From positions 816-64,815 of the forward strand of contig JANXAU010000037.1 in NCBI GenBank assembly GCA_025061735.1: 64,000 nucleotides of DNA, given 5' to 3'. Origin of the DNA: Candidatus Bipolaricaulota bacterium (lineage in GTDB: Bacteria > Bipolaricaulota > Bipolaricaulia > RBG-16-55-9 > DRXL01). The translations under genes and the position numbers were made by a program. Below, in pieces: positions 19,040 through 28,662 of the stretch. Under the pieces are notes generated by a model that saw only the letters and a program-made list of their open reading frames with translations, ran no database searches and was not told where the DNA came from. The number at the start of each line of letters is the position of its first letter. The first letter of the stretch is position 1.

Positions 19040-20216
19040 GAGAGGGCATGACGCAGGGGCAGGTCTTCCCCGCTTGGCTCAAGACCCAACTGAGCGCACG
19101 CGGCAGGACATCGGCCTCACGCTCCAGTGTCACATCGGGGGTCAGGCCGTTCTCTTGGACCCTTCTCCCCTTGGGGGTGAAATACTCCGCCGTAGTGATC
19201 AGAAGAGCGCCGCCGTCTCGGAGTTCATACGACGTCTGGATGACGCCCTTGCCGAAGGTCCGGCGCCCAAAGAGCGCCCCCATCTGATGATCTCGAATCG
19301 CCCCAGCGACGATCTCCGAGGCGCTGGCCGTGCCGCGATTGATCAGCACGGCGAGAGGCAGATTGGGGTAGCGATTCCCTTTGGAGTGATAGACTTCAGA
19401 CCCCGTGCGGCTCTGTACTTTCAAGACGGCTCCTTCGTCAATGAAGAGGCTTGCTAACTCGATTGCTTCTTGGAGCAAGCCGCCGGGATTGTTGCGCAGA
19501 TCTAAGATCAGCCCGTCGAGGGGCTGAGTCAAGAGATCTTGCAGGGCTTTCTCGACCTCCTCGGCGGTCATCGTGTTGAACGTGTAGACTTGGATATAGC
19601 CGACGCGCCCGTTAGAGATGCGACTGTGGCTGACGATCTTGATCTTGATAATGTCGCGCACGATCTCGAAGACTTTTTCGGTGCCGTCCTCGCGGCGGAC
19701 TTTGAGGGTTACTAGGGTTCCCTTGGGGCCGCGCAGCTTGCGCACGGCTTGTTCTTGCGTGATGCCCTTCGTAGATTCCCCATTGATCTCGATGATCCAA
19801 TCGCCGGCTTCGATGCCCGCGCGAAACGCCGGGGTGTCGTAGAGCGGCGCAACGACCAAGAGCCTCCCGTCGCGCACCTCGATCTGCATCCCCAATCCAC
19901 CAAACTCCTCCAAGACCTCGCGTTCAAAGCCCTCGTTGAACTGGCGCACCTCCTCGGGGGAGAGATAACGACTGTAGGGATCGTTAAGCGTCTCAATCAT
20001 CCCCTGGATGGCGCCCTTCAGCAAGCGGGCGTCGGGAGTGTTCTCGGGTCTATAGAAGTGCGTCTTGATGCGTTGATAGACTTCAAAGAGCGGAGAAAAG
20101 AGCGTGTGATTCGTCTGGGCCGGGACGGTGAAGAGGCTCCAGACCATTCCTAACACGACCAACAAGACGACAAGAACTCCCAAGGCTCGCAGCGGCCATC
20201 GCTTCACGGGCGTCAT
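18984..20216 (-). CDS. ctpA: Carboxyl-terminal processing protease (S41A)
   Basis: N-terminal TM, PDZ (FGGLGM), LDLRNNPGG, GTASASEI, TFGKGVIQ; start at ATG 20216 is inferred. Confidence 0.9.
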   Translation of the reverse strand: MTPVKRWPLRALGVLVVLLVVLGMVWSLFTVPAQTNHTLFSPLFEVYQRIKTHFYRPENTPDARLLKGAIQGMIETLNDPYSRYLSPEEVRQFNEGFEREVLEEFGGLGMQIEVRDGRLLVVAPLYDTPAFRAGIEAGDWIIEINGESTKGITQEQAVRKLRGPKGTLVTLKVRREDGTEKVFEIVRDIIKIKIVSHSRISNGRVGYIQVYTFNTMTAEEVEKALQDLLTQPLDGLILDLRNNPGGLLQEAIELASLFIDEGAVLKVQSRTGSEVYHSKGNRYPNLPLAVLINRGTASASEIVAGAIRDHQMGALFGRRTFGKGVIQTSYELRDGGALLITTAEYFTPKGRRVQENGLTPDVTLEREADVLPRALSWVLSQAGKTCPCVMPSHDRSARAQPSPYLVWFSP

Positions 20217-20324
20217 AGCATCACACATCTTAACAGACGGCTTTTGGCGACGCAAGGGGGGCGTTTGTCAAAAGCCCCAAATTCTGCTATACAATTCTCT
20301 GTAAAACTCTGGATTCTAACAGTT

Positions 20325-21875
20325 ATGTTTTCCAAAGCGATCAGCGGCGCGGTTGTAGGGATTGACGCGGAGCTTGTCGAAGTCCAGTGCGATATAGCTC
20401 TGGGGCTTCCGAGCTTTACGATCGTGGGGCTGCCCCAAAAAGAGGTCCAAGAGAGCCGCGAGCGGATTCGCAGCGCGCTCAAGAACGCGGGCTTTGAGTT
20501 CCCCGCCAAAAGAATTACGGTTAACTTAGCGCCGGCGGACCTCCCTAAAGAAGGCGCCGGCTTGGATCTGCCCTTGGCGCTGGCGATCGCCGTAGCGACC
20601 GAGCAAGCCAAGGGGGAGCGCCTGTCGCAGTTGTTGGTCTTGGGCGAACTCTCTCTTGATGGGGAGGTGCGCCCGGTGAAGGGGGTGCTGCCCATCGCGC
20701 TGGCGGCTCGTAAAGCGGGCTTAGAAGGGATGCTTCTCCCCGCCCAAAACGCCCCCGAAGCCGCGCTGGTCTCCGGTCTGAATGCCTATCCGGTCGCGCA
20801 CCTCAGCGAAGCGCTCGCGTTTCTCAACGGCGATCGCCCGATCGCCCCTGTGGCTATAGATATAGAGAGCTATTTTCAAGAGCACGCGCTCTACGACAGC
20901 GATCTGAAGGACATCAAGGGGCAAGAACAAGCCAAGCGCGCTCTGGAGGTAGCCGCCGCTGGGGGGCACAATCTCTTGTTGATCGGGCCGCCCGGCTCGG
21001 GCAAGAGCATGCTCGCCAAGCGCTTGCCCACCATCTTGCCCGCCCTCTCGTTTGAAGAAGCCCTCGAGGTCACCAAGATCTACAGCATCGTGGGGCTGCT
21101 CGACCGCCCGCTGATGACGACCCGTCCGTTTCGTGCGCCCCATCACACGATTTCGTACGCGGGGATGGTCGGAGGGGGGCATCATGTTCCCCGGCCCGGC
21201 GAGATCAGTCTGGCCCATCACGGCGTGCTCTTTCTCGACGAGCTACCGGAGTTTGAGCGCGACGTCTTGGAGACGCTGCGCCAGCCTCTCGAAGAGCGCC
21301 AGATCACGCTCTCCCGCGCCGCGGCGGCGTTGACCTTCCCCGCGAACTTCATGCTGATCGCAGCGATGAACCCCTGTCCGTGTGGGCATCGCGGCGACGC
21401 CCAAAAGCCCTGCCGTTGCAGCCCTTTGGAGATTCAGCGCTACCGCAAGCGGATTTCCGGGCCGTTTCTTGATAGAATAGATATATTCGTGGAGGTGCCA
21501 CGCTTGACCCGTGAAGAACTGATGGGCCGCCCTAGCGGCGAAGACTCTGCGACGATCCGCGCGCGCGTCGCGCGGGCGCGCCAGCGCCAGCACGAGCGCT
21601 TTCGCCACCAGAAGATCTTCACCAACGCCCAGATGGGCATCCGCGAGATTCGCTCTTACTGCCTGCCCGCGCTGGAGCCCGCCGCCCATCGCTTGCTCGA
21701 ACGCGCGATTGACCACCTTCACTTGAGTGCCCGCGCGTATCATCGCGTCTTAAAGGTCGCGCGCACGATCGCCGATCTAGAAGCGTCAGAGGCGATCCGC
21801 GCCGCGCACATCGCCGAAGCCGTGCAATATCGCAGTTCCGAAGATAGCGTTCTTGAAGGAGGTATCACGCCGTGA
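20325..21875 (+). CDS. comM: YifB/ComM family Mg-chelatase-like AAA+ ATPase
   Basis: FTIVGLP, ESRERIRSA, RITVNLAPADL, GPPGSGKSMLA, RPFRAPHHT, PGEISLAHHGVLFLDELPEF, MNPCPCG. Confidence 0.92.
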   Translation: MFSKAISGAVVGIDAELVEVQCDIALGLPSFTIVGLPQKEVQESRERIRSALKNAGFEFPAKRITVNLAPADLPKEGAGLDLPLALAIAVATEQAKGERLSQLLVLGELSLDGEVRPVKGVLPIALAARKAGLEGMLLPAQNAPEAALVSGLNAYPVAHLSEALAFLNGDRPIAPVAIDIESYFQEHALYDSDLKDIKGQEQAKRALEVAAAGGHNLLLIGPPGSGKSMLAKRLPTILPALSFEEALEVTKIYSIVGLLDRPLMTTRPFRAPHHTISYAGMVGGGHHVPRPGEISLAHHGVLFLDELPEFERDVLETLRQPLEERQITLSRAAAALTFPANFMLIAAMNPCPCGHRGDAQKPCRCSPLEIQRYRKRISGPFLDRIDIFVEVPRLTREELMGRPSGEDSATIRARVARARQRQHERFRHQKIFTNAQMGIREIRSYCLPALEPAAHRLLERAIDHLHLSARAYHRVLKVARTIADLEASEAIRAAHIAEAVQYRSSEDSVLEGGITP

Positions 21876-24127
21876 AGAGAGCCGTTTGGGTGACTCTCGC
21901 TGTGACATGGCTCATGGGGAGTTTGGTCGGTTTCGCTCAAGAGACCGAGAAGAGATACGTCGTGCGCAACGTGGTCATCACCGGGACGAAGGCGCTGACG
22001 CGCTCTGAACTCTACGAGGCCCTGCCCTTTCGCTTGGGCGATGCCATCACGCTCGCCGATGTTGAAAGGGGCGCTCAGGTCCTGCGCGATCTGGGGCCGC
22101 TGGAGAGCGTGCAGAGCGACTACAAAGAGCTGGGCAATGGGATTCGCGTCATCTATAACGTCGTGGAGAACCCCACGGTGAAGAAGATCGAGTTTGAGGG
22201 CAACGAGACGTATCAGTTCTATCTGATTGATATCTTTGGGATCCGGTGGATTCCGTACAAGCTGAAGCTGGCGCGGCGCGACGAGCTGATCGACGCGCTG
22301 CGCGAGGCCAAACCCTCCGTCGAAGAGGGCCGCCCTCTGAATATCCGGTGGTTCGACGACAAGGTCATCGAGAACACGATCGTGCAGTTCTACCAGAAGA
22401 AGGGCTATGCGTTCATCGGCGTGGACGCGCGGTTCAACCGCGATAAGCAGATCCTCACGATCCAGATCGTCGAGGGCAAGCTCGACAGCGTAGAAGTACG
22501 CGGCTTGCAAGAAGTCCCAGAATCGTACGTGAAGCCCGTCATCGAGATGCCGGTGGGAGAGCCGATCAAGATCGAGCGCATCCAAAACGCCCTCAGATTC
22601 TTCAACCGCTCGATCTATTTTGAATCCCCTACAGAGAAGACCCTCCAAATCGAACAGGGCAGCAAACCCAATACGGTCAAGATCATTTGGAACCTCCAAG
22701 AGCGCCGATTGCTCGAAAGCCCCACCGAGATTAGACAGATCCAGCTCAAGGGGATGACCGTCTACCCCAAAGAGCGACTCCAAAGCATGATCGGCAAGTT
22801 GCCCAACGGCCCGGTCAACAACTATCAGCTCAACACGGCTCTTAAGCGCATCTTCGATCTCTATCGCGTTGAGGGCTATCTGCTCGTCGATTTTGTCAGA
22901 GAATCTCTGAGCGACGGCGTGCTCACCCTGCGCATCAACGAGGGGCGCATCGTCAAGGTCACGATCTCCAACCCCTGCCCTAAGAACTTAAAGTCCACGA
23001 TCATCCCCAAGGTCATCGAGTTTGAGCGCCAGTGCACCCCGGAGATCGTCATTCGTAAGGCGCTTCGGCTCAAAGAGGGCGATCTGGTCAACGAGAACCC
23101 GTTGCGCGATAGCTATCGTAATATCGTGCAACTGGGGTATTTTCAGCAGAACAAAGTCCAGATCGAACCGAAGGTGCTCGACCGCGCTACCGGAGAGGTC
23201 GAGCTGTTTGTCGGGGTCGCCGAAGAAGATCAGCTGGGCAATCTCAAGGGCGGCGTGAGCTATAATCCCCAGGTGGGGATCGTCGGGCAGGTCAGCTTGG
23301 GCTGGAAGAATATTCTGGGCACGGCCCAAGATATTGATCTCTCGTTCGACCGCGGCTTGATCGGTCGCCCTGTAACGAATTATAAGATCAGCTACACGAC
23401 GCGCGCCTATTTCCGGGAGTTCTCGTTCTTTGAGATCTCGGTCTTTGATACGACAGAAGAGAAGACCGATCCCCAGAAGCACTTCATGACCAAGCGAGGG
23501 GCTACGTTCGGGGTCGGCTATCCCTTGGGCGCCAACTGGGAGCTGACGCTGCGCTTCCGGCACGAGAACGTCTACCTCTCCGAGCCTTTCGATAAGCAGA
23601 GCCTGATCGTCTCGCTCTCGCTCGATCTGATGCACGACACGCGCAATAACCCGATCTTTCCGACGTCGGGGGGACAGCTCGCGCTGATGGCCGAGCAGGC
23701 GGGGAAGTTTGCCGTCGGGGACGAGTTCACCAAGACGCAGGTCTTCTGGACGCATCACTGGCGAACGCTTGATCGCCAGACGATCTCGGTGCGCTTGCAG
23801 GCTGCGATGGGGTGGACGCTCCCCAGCCAAGAGCGCTTCGGCTTTGGAGGCGTGAACACCGTGCGCGGCTTTGGCATGAGCCTGACGAACTCCTTCGCTC
23901 TGGCCAATCTAGAGTACCGCTTTGAGCTGATCGAGAACGTCTGGGGCGTCTTCTTCTACGATCTGGGCGTTGGAGAGGGGGTGGGCTGGAGATACTCGTT
24001 TGGATTTGAGTTGCGGCCCGTAGCACCGGTCATCGGGAATGTACGACTGGTCATTGTCTGGCCGGCGTTGGAGGGAGGGATTCCCTTGGCGCCGGTCTTT
24101 CAATTTGGCTTAGGCACGTTATTCTAA
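21872..24127 (+). CDS. bamA: Omp85/BamA family outer-membrane assembly protein
   Basis: Signal peptide, POTRA-like repeats (VVITGTKAL, IEFEGNE, VEVRGLQEV), barrel motif GGVNTVRGF, C-terminal FQFGLGTLF. Confidence 0.85.
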   Translation: MKRAVWVTLAVTWLMGSLVGFAQETEKRYVVRNVVITGTKALTRSELYEALPFRLGDAITLADVERGAQVLRDLGPLESVQSDYKELGNGIRVIYNVVENPTVKKIEFEGNETYQFYLIDIFGIRWIPYKLKLARRDELIDALREAKPSVEEGRPLNIRWFDDKVIENTIVQFYQKKGYAFIGVDARFNRDKQILTIQIVEGKLDSVEVRGLQEVPESYVKPVIEMPVGEPIKIERIQNALRFFNRSIYFESPTEKTLQIEQGSKPNTVKIIWNLQERRLLESPTEIRQIQLKGMTVYPKERLQSMIGKLPNGPVNNYQLNTALKRIFDLYRVEGYLLVDFVRESLSDGVLTLRINEGRIVKVTISNPCPKNLKSTIIPKVIEFERQCTPEIVIRKALRLKEGDLVNENPLRDSYRNIVQLGYFQQNKVQIEPKVLDRATGEVELFVGVAEEDQLGNLKGGVSYNPQVGIVGQVSLGWKNILGTAQDIDLSFDRGLIGRPVTNYKISYTTRAYFREFSFFEISVFDTTEEKTDPQKHFMTKRGATFGVGYPLGANWELTLRFRHENVYLSEPFDKQSLIVSLSLDLMHDTRNNPIFPTSGGQLALMAEQAGKFAVGDEFTKTQVFWTHHWRTLDRQTISVRLQAAMGWTLPSQERFGFGGVNTVRGFGMSLTNSFALANLEYRFELIENVWGVFFYDLGVGEGVGWRYSFGFELRPVAPVIGNVRLVIVWPALEGGIPLAPVFQFGLGTLF

Positions 24128-24152
24128 ATCTGAACTCAAAGGAGGAACGATC

Positions 24153-24710
24153 ATGAAGCAGACATGGATCTGGGCGGTCTTGGTGGCGGTGGCGTTGGCG
24201 GCGGGGTTTTTCGGGGGGCAGATGACGCGCGGCGGCGTGGCCGCCTCGGAGGAGCTGCAGACGCGCGTCGCCAAGCTCGAAGAGAAGATCAGCGCGCTGG
24301 AGAAGCAATTGGCTGCCCGTCCCGGCGGCGGAGCGGGCCTGAAGATCGCCTATATTCACGCCGAAAAGGTCTTTCAAGACTACAAGAAGACCACAGAAGC
24401 GGTGCAGAAGTTCCGCACCGAGGCCGAGAAGAAGCAGCAGGAGCTGAAGGCCATCCAAGACCGCTTCAAGAAGGGACAGCTCAGCGAGGACGACTTCCAG
24501 CGCGAATACGCGCGCATCCAGCAGGAACTGCAGCGGCTCGATCTGGAGCTGACCATGCAGATCCAAACCGAGATGCTCAAGGTGATCGAGCAGATTGCCG
24601 TGGAGCGCGGGTTTGATTGGGTCACGCAGCGCAAGGACGTCGTACTCTACGCCAAGCCCGGCGTCCTCGAAGATATCACCTACGATGTGCTGAAAAAGCT
24701 CAACGAGTAA
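24153..24710 (+). CDS. skp: OmpH/Skp family periplasmic chaperone
   Basis: Signal/TM segment, KIAYIHAEKVF, long helical region, DITYDVLKKLN terminus; follows bamA. Confidence 0.82.
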   Translation: MKQTWIWAVLVAVALAAGFFGGQMTRGGVAASEELQTRVAKLEEKISALEKQLAARPGGGAGLKIAYIHAEKVFQDYKKTTEAVQKFRTEAEKKQQELKAIQDRFKKGQLSEDDFQREYARIQQELQRLDLELTMQIQTEMLKVIEQIAVERGFDWVTQRKDVVLYAKPGVLEDITYDVLKKLNE

Positions 24711-24716
24711 AGCTCT

Positions 24717-25130
24717 ATGGACGAGATCTTGGGCATCCTGCCCCATCGGTATCCGTTCTTGATGGTAGATCGGGTATTGGAGTGGGGCGAGGGGCGCGTG
24801 CGCGCGCTCAAGAACGTCACGGCCAACGAGCCGTTCTTCGTGGGGCACTTTCCCCAGCGCCCGGTGATGCCGGGGGTGCTCATCTTGGAGGGGATGGCGC
24901 AGACGGTGGGGCTGTTGGTGGGCCGGGACCGTCGGCGCTTGGGATATTTAGTGGGCGTAGACCGGGCGCGCTTTCGGCGCCCGGTCACTCCCGGAGATCA
25001 GCTCATCTACGAGGCCGAGCTGGAGCGCGCGCGCCAGGGGTTCTATCGCGCGCGGGTCTCCGCTCGGGTCAATGAGACCATCGTCGCCGAAGCGGTGCTT
25101 TCGATCGCCGAAGAGCAACAAGAGCCATGA
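24717..25130 (+). CDS. fabZ: 3-hydroxyacyl-ACP dehydratase
   Basis: LPHRYPFLMVDRV, KNVTANEPFFVGHFP, PVMPGVLILEGMAQ. Confidence 0.93.
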   Translation: MDEILGILPHRYPFLMVDRVLEWGEGRVRALKNVTANEPFFVGHFPQRPVMPGVLILEGMAQTVGLLVGRDRRRLGYLVGVDRARFRRPVTPGDQLIYEAELERARQGFYRARVSARVNETIVAEAVLSIAEEQQEP

Positions 25131-26035
25131 AGACTCTCGTGGAGTGCGTGCCCAACATCAGCGAAGGGCGTGACCACGCCAAGATCGAGCGCGTCGTCGA
25201 GGCCGTGCGTCAGACGCCGGGAGCCGTTCTGTTAGACGTCGACCCCGATGCTGACCATCATCGCACGGTCATCACGTTTGTGGGGGAGCCGGCCGCCGTG
25301 GAGGCGGCCGTCTTGCGGCTGGTCGAGCGCGCCGTGGAACTGATAGACCTGACCAAGCATCAGGGGGAGCACCCGCGCATGGGCGCGGTAGACGTGATCC
25401 CGTTTGTGCCGTTGAAGAACGTCACGGTGGCGGAGTGCGTGGAGATGGCGCGGCGGGTGGGACAGGCGATCTGGGAGAGATTTCGCGTGCCCGTCTATTT
25501 TTATGAAGAGGCCGCGACGCGCCCGGAGCGCCGCGATCTGGCCAACATCCGCAAGGGCCAGTTTGAAAATTACCCCAAAAAGATCCAAGAGCCAGACTGG
25601 GCGCCCGACGTAGGGGAGCGCGTGGTGCATCCCACGGCAGGGGTGACGGCAGTAGGCGTGCGCCCGCCGCTGATCGCGTTCAACGTCAATCTGGGGACGA
25701 GCAACCTCGAGATCGCCAAGAAGATCGCCAAGGCCGTGCGCGGGTCCGATGGAGGGCTGCGCTATGTGAAAGCCCTAGGGCTGGCGCTGGAAGGGCGAGG
25801 GCTGACGCAGGTCTCGATGAACCTCACGAATTTCGAGAAGACCCCGATCTATCAAGCGTACGAGCTGGTCAAACGCGAGGCGCAGCGGTGGGGCGTGCCG
25901 GTCGTGGGGAGCGAGATCGTGGGGCTAGTCCCCCAAGCGGCATTGCTGCAAGTGGCCGAGTACTTCTTGCAGCTCGAAGACTTCAAGGTCCATCAAGTCC
26001 TGGAGAACCGCCTGGCCGAGAAGCTGGGCGAGTAG
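25127..26035 (+). CDS. ftcD: Glutamate formiminotransferase (stand-alone FT domain)
   Basis: LVECVPNISEGR, DHHRTVIT, HQGEHPRMGAVDVIPFVP, QVSMNLTNF, SEIVGLVP. Confidence 0.9.
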   Translation: MKTLVECVPNISEGRDHAKIERVVEAVRQTPGAVLLDVDPDADHHRTVITFVGEPAAVEAAVLRLVERAVELIDLTKHQGEHPRMGAVDVIPFVPLKNVTVAECVEMARRVGQAIWERFRVPVYFYEEAATRPERRDLANIRKGQFENYPKKIQEPDWAPDVGERVVHPTAGVTAVGVRPPLIAFNVNLGTSNLEIAKKIAKAVRGSDGGLRYVKALGLALEGRGLTQVSMNLTNFEKTPIYQAYELVKREAQRWGVPVVGSEIVGLVPQAALLQVAEYFLQLEDFKVHQVLENRLAEKLGE

Positions 26036-26119
26036 TCCTCTGCGTCGGTCACCGATTTCCTCTTCAAGAGCGAGAGGGCGACCTTGTAAAAACGAGCAAG
26101 ATCGCTTACTGTCGCTCTT

Positions 26120-27457
26120 GTGAGAGCGCATCGTCGCGTGGTTGTGCTGGGAGCGGGGCGCAGCGGCCTCGCCGCGGCTCGCTTGCTGCGCCATGCGGGA
26201 GCAGATGTCTTCGTCAGCGACAGTGCTCCTCTTGGCGAAGCCGCCCGCGCGACCCTGCAGAAGCTCCAGATCCCCTACGAAGAGGGCGGACATACTTCAC
26301 AAGCGCTTGACTCGGCCGAGCTGGTCGTCTTATCGCCGGGGATCTCTCTTGATACCCCCATCGTGCAGGCGGCTCGCGCCCGAGGGATTCCCGTCTGGGG
26401 CGAATTAGAATTAGCCTATCGCTTCTGCCCAAGTTCCAAGATCATCGCGGTCACCGGAACGAATGGGAAATCTACGACGACGCTGCTCATCGAAAAGCTC
26501 CTGAAGACAGCCGATCTGGACGTCATCAGCGCTGGGAATTTGGGCGTCCCCTTGAGCGAAAGAATCCACGAGATCACTCCAGAGACCATCGTCGTTTTAG
26601 AAACCAGCAGCTTTCAGTTGGAATCTATCGAGCGATTTCGCCCGCACGTTGCAGTCTTTCTGAACATCGCGCCCAATCACCTGGATCGTCACGGCAGCTT
26701 TGAAGAGTATCTAAAAGCCAAGTGTCGCATCTTCGAGAACCAGACCGAAGACGATCTTCTCGTGCTTCCACGCGATCTGAGCCTGCCCCAGCGCCCACGC
26801 TCTCGCATGATCTTCTATGACGCTCTCTTGCCCGGCTTGAACGCGCTTGCGGAGCATTGGCAGCTCAACGCCGCTGCGGCGTGGGCGGCGGCTCGCCTCT
26901 TCGCTCCCGATCTCCCAATGCCCCAACGCGAAGATCTCCCCCGCCTGCCCCATCGCCAAGAGTTCATCGCCGAGATCTCGGGGGTCAAGTTCTACAACGA
27001 TTCCAAAGCGACGACGGTACACGCCACGCTTGCCGCTCTAGCGGCCATTCCCGGCCCACTGGTGCTGATCTTAGGAGGACGCGCCAAGGGCCAAGACTTC
27101 TCTCTGCTGGCCGAAGCCCTCTCGCGCTACGAGATCTGCGAGGTCTGTCTGATGGGGGAGAGCGCTCTTCAAATCGCCCACGCTTTAGAGCGAGCCAACT
27201 TTAGAAGATTTGTCTTCATCGAGAGTTTTGACGAAGCCGTCGAACGTGCTCTGCGTTACCCCGGCGCGAGCTGCCTGCTCTCGCCGGCGTGCGCCAGCTT
27301 TGATCGCTTTTCCAGTTACGAAGAGCGCGGCGAAGCATTTCGCCAAGCGGTCTGGCGCCGATCTGTCGAGGACATTCGTCCCGCCTCACCTAGACAAAGC
27401 CCAGCCTCCCTCTCGACCCGCGGGCCTTCAGCTCAGAGCCACGTGGTGCTAGGGTAG
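26120..27457 (+). CDS. murD: UDP-MurNAc-L-Ala:D-Glu ligase
   Basis: VLGAGRSG, LSPGIS, VTGTNGKSTT, ETSSFQLE, HLDRH, NDSKAT, LLSPACASFD. Confidence 0.9.
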   Translation: MRAHRRVVVLGAGRSGLAAARLLRHAGADVFVSDSAPLGEAARATLQKLQIPYEEGGHTSQALDSAELVVLSPGISLDTPIVQAARARGIPVWGELELAYRFCPSSKIIAVTGTNGKSTTTLLIEKLLKTADLDVISAGNLGVPLSERIHEITPETIVVLETSSFQLESIERFRPHVAVFLNIAPNHLDRHGSFEEYLKAKCRIFENQTEDDLLVLPRDLSLPQRPRSRMIFYDALLPGLNALAEHWQLNAAAAWAAARLFAPDLPMPQREDLPRLPHRQEFIAEISGVKFYNDSKATTVHATLAALAAIPGPLVLILGGRAKGQDFSLLAEALSRYEICEVCLMGESALQIAHALERANFRRFVFIESFDEAVERALRYPGASCLLSPACASFDRFSSYEERGEAFRQAVWRRSVEDIRPASPRQSPASLSTRGPSAQSHVVLG

Positions 27458-27504
27458 ACCATAAGACAGTCCAGGGGCTTGCCCCTAAAGGGAGGCGCAC
27501 CACC

Positions 27505-28662
27505 GTGTCGGACGTCACACCGCGGCTCTTGCTCGTCGTCGGTCTGCTCACCACGCTGGGCACGGTCATGATCGCCAGCGCGAGCCTCCCGGCTTCGGCC
27601 ATTCGCTACGATAACCCCACGCACTTTCTTGCCAAGCATCTGCTGGCGTTGGCCCTCGGGGTTTTGGTCTTCTGGGTCTGCGCCCGAATCTCGTATCGTC
27701 GTCTGATGGACTGGGACGACAAGATACTCTTAGTAGCGTTCGGCTTGATGGCCTTGACGCTCATCCCCGGCTTGACGGTGCGCGGCAGTTGGTTGCGCCT
27801 GCCCGGGCCGTTTCAGATCCAGCCCACAGAATTCTTCAAACTCGCTCTGATCATCTCTCTCGCGGCGATGGTCACGCGCAAGGGCGAGCGCGTCCGAGAT
27901 TTTACCGACGGCCCGCTAGCGGCTCTTGCCATCGCTGGAGTGGGGGCGCTGATCGCGCTCAAGCAGTCCGACTTTGCGATGGCGTTCATCTTCTTGGTGA
28001 TCGCAAGTTATATGCTCTTTCTTGGGGGAGGGCGGCTGCTTCATCTGGTGCTGGTGGCGCTGGCGGCCCTGCCCGTCTTGACGTGGCTGATCGTCCAAGC
28101 GCCCTATCGTTTTGCGCGCTTCTTGGCGTTTCTCGATCCCTTTCGTTACAGCACCACCGAAGGCTATCAGCTCATTCAGTCTCTCACGGCGATCGGCTCT
28201 GGAGGGCTCTTGGGGCGTGGGCTGGGGGAGAGCCGCGAGAAGCTGCTCTATCTCCCCGAACCCTATAACGACTTCATCTTCGCGATCATCGGCGAAGAGC
28301 TGGGATTGGTCGGGGCGCTCGTGGTGATCGGGCTCTTTCTCTCTTTGGGCTATCTGGGCTATTCGATCGCGCTGAGAGCGTCGGATCGCTTTGGGGCGCT
28401 CTTGGCGTCGGGGATCACGTTCACGCTCTTGACGCAAGCGGCGATCAATCTTGGGGTTGCCACGGGGCTGTTGCCCGTCACCGGGCTGACGTTGCCCTTC
28501 ATCAGTTATGGGGGATCTTCGCTGATCGTCTCGTTGGCGATGGTGGGGATCCTCGTGAATATCGCACAAGGAGCTTCTGGCAATGAAGACGGTGCTCGTC
28601 TGTGGGGGCGGGACGGGAGGGCATCTCTATCCCGCCTTAGCGATCTTGGAAGGGTTGAGTGA
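27505..28662 (+). CDS. ftsW: SEDS family peptidoglycan polymerase
   Basis: Multi-TM; IQPTEFFK, YQLIQSL, GGLLGRGLG, LPEPYNDFIFAIIGEELG, LPFISYGGSSL. Confidence 0.92.
   Translation: MSDVTPRLLLVVGLLTTLGTVMIASASLPASAIRYDNPTHFLAKHLLALALGVLVFWVCARISYRRLMDWDDKILLVAFGLMALTLIPGLTVRGSWLRLPGPFQIQPTEFFKLALIISLAAMVTRKGERVRDFTDGPLAALAIAGVGALIALKQSDFAMAFIFLVIASYMLFLGGGRLLHLVLVALAALPVLTWLIVQAPYRFARFLAFLDPFRYSTTEGYQLIQSLTAIGSGGLLGRGLGESREKLLYLPEPYNDFIFAIIGEELGLVGALVVIGLFLSLGYLGYSIALRASDRFGALLASGITFTLLTQAAINLGVATGLLPVTGLTLPFISYGGSSLIVSLAMVGILVNIAQGASGNEDGARLWGRDGRASLSRLSDLGRVE

Noticed and set aside
21740-24848. Long antisense ORFs (e.g. 21740-22783, 22988-23830, 24051-24848), and similar ones at 33874-35013 and 56688-57539
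   Set aside because: Shadow frames of GC-rich, codon-biased genes; no motifs or SD, and fully overlapped by recognised genes.
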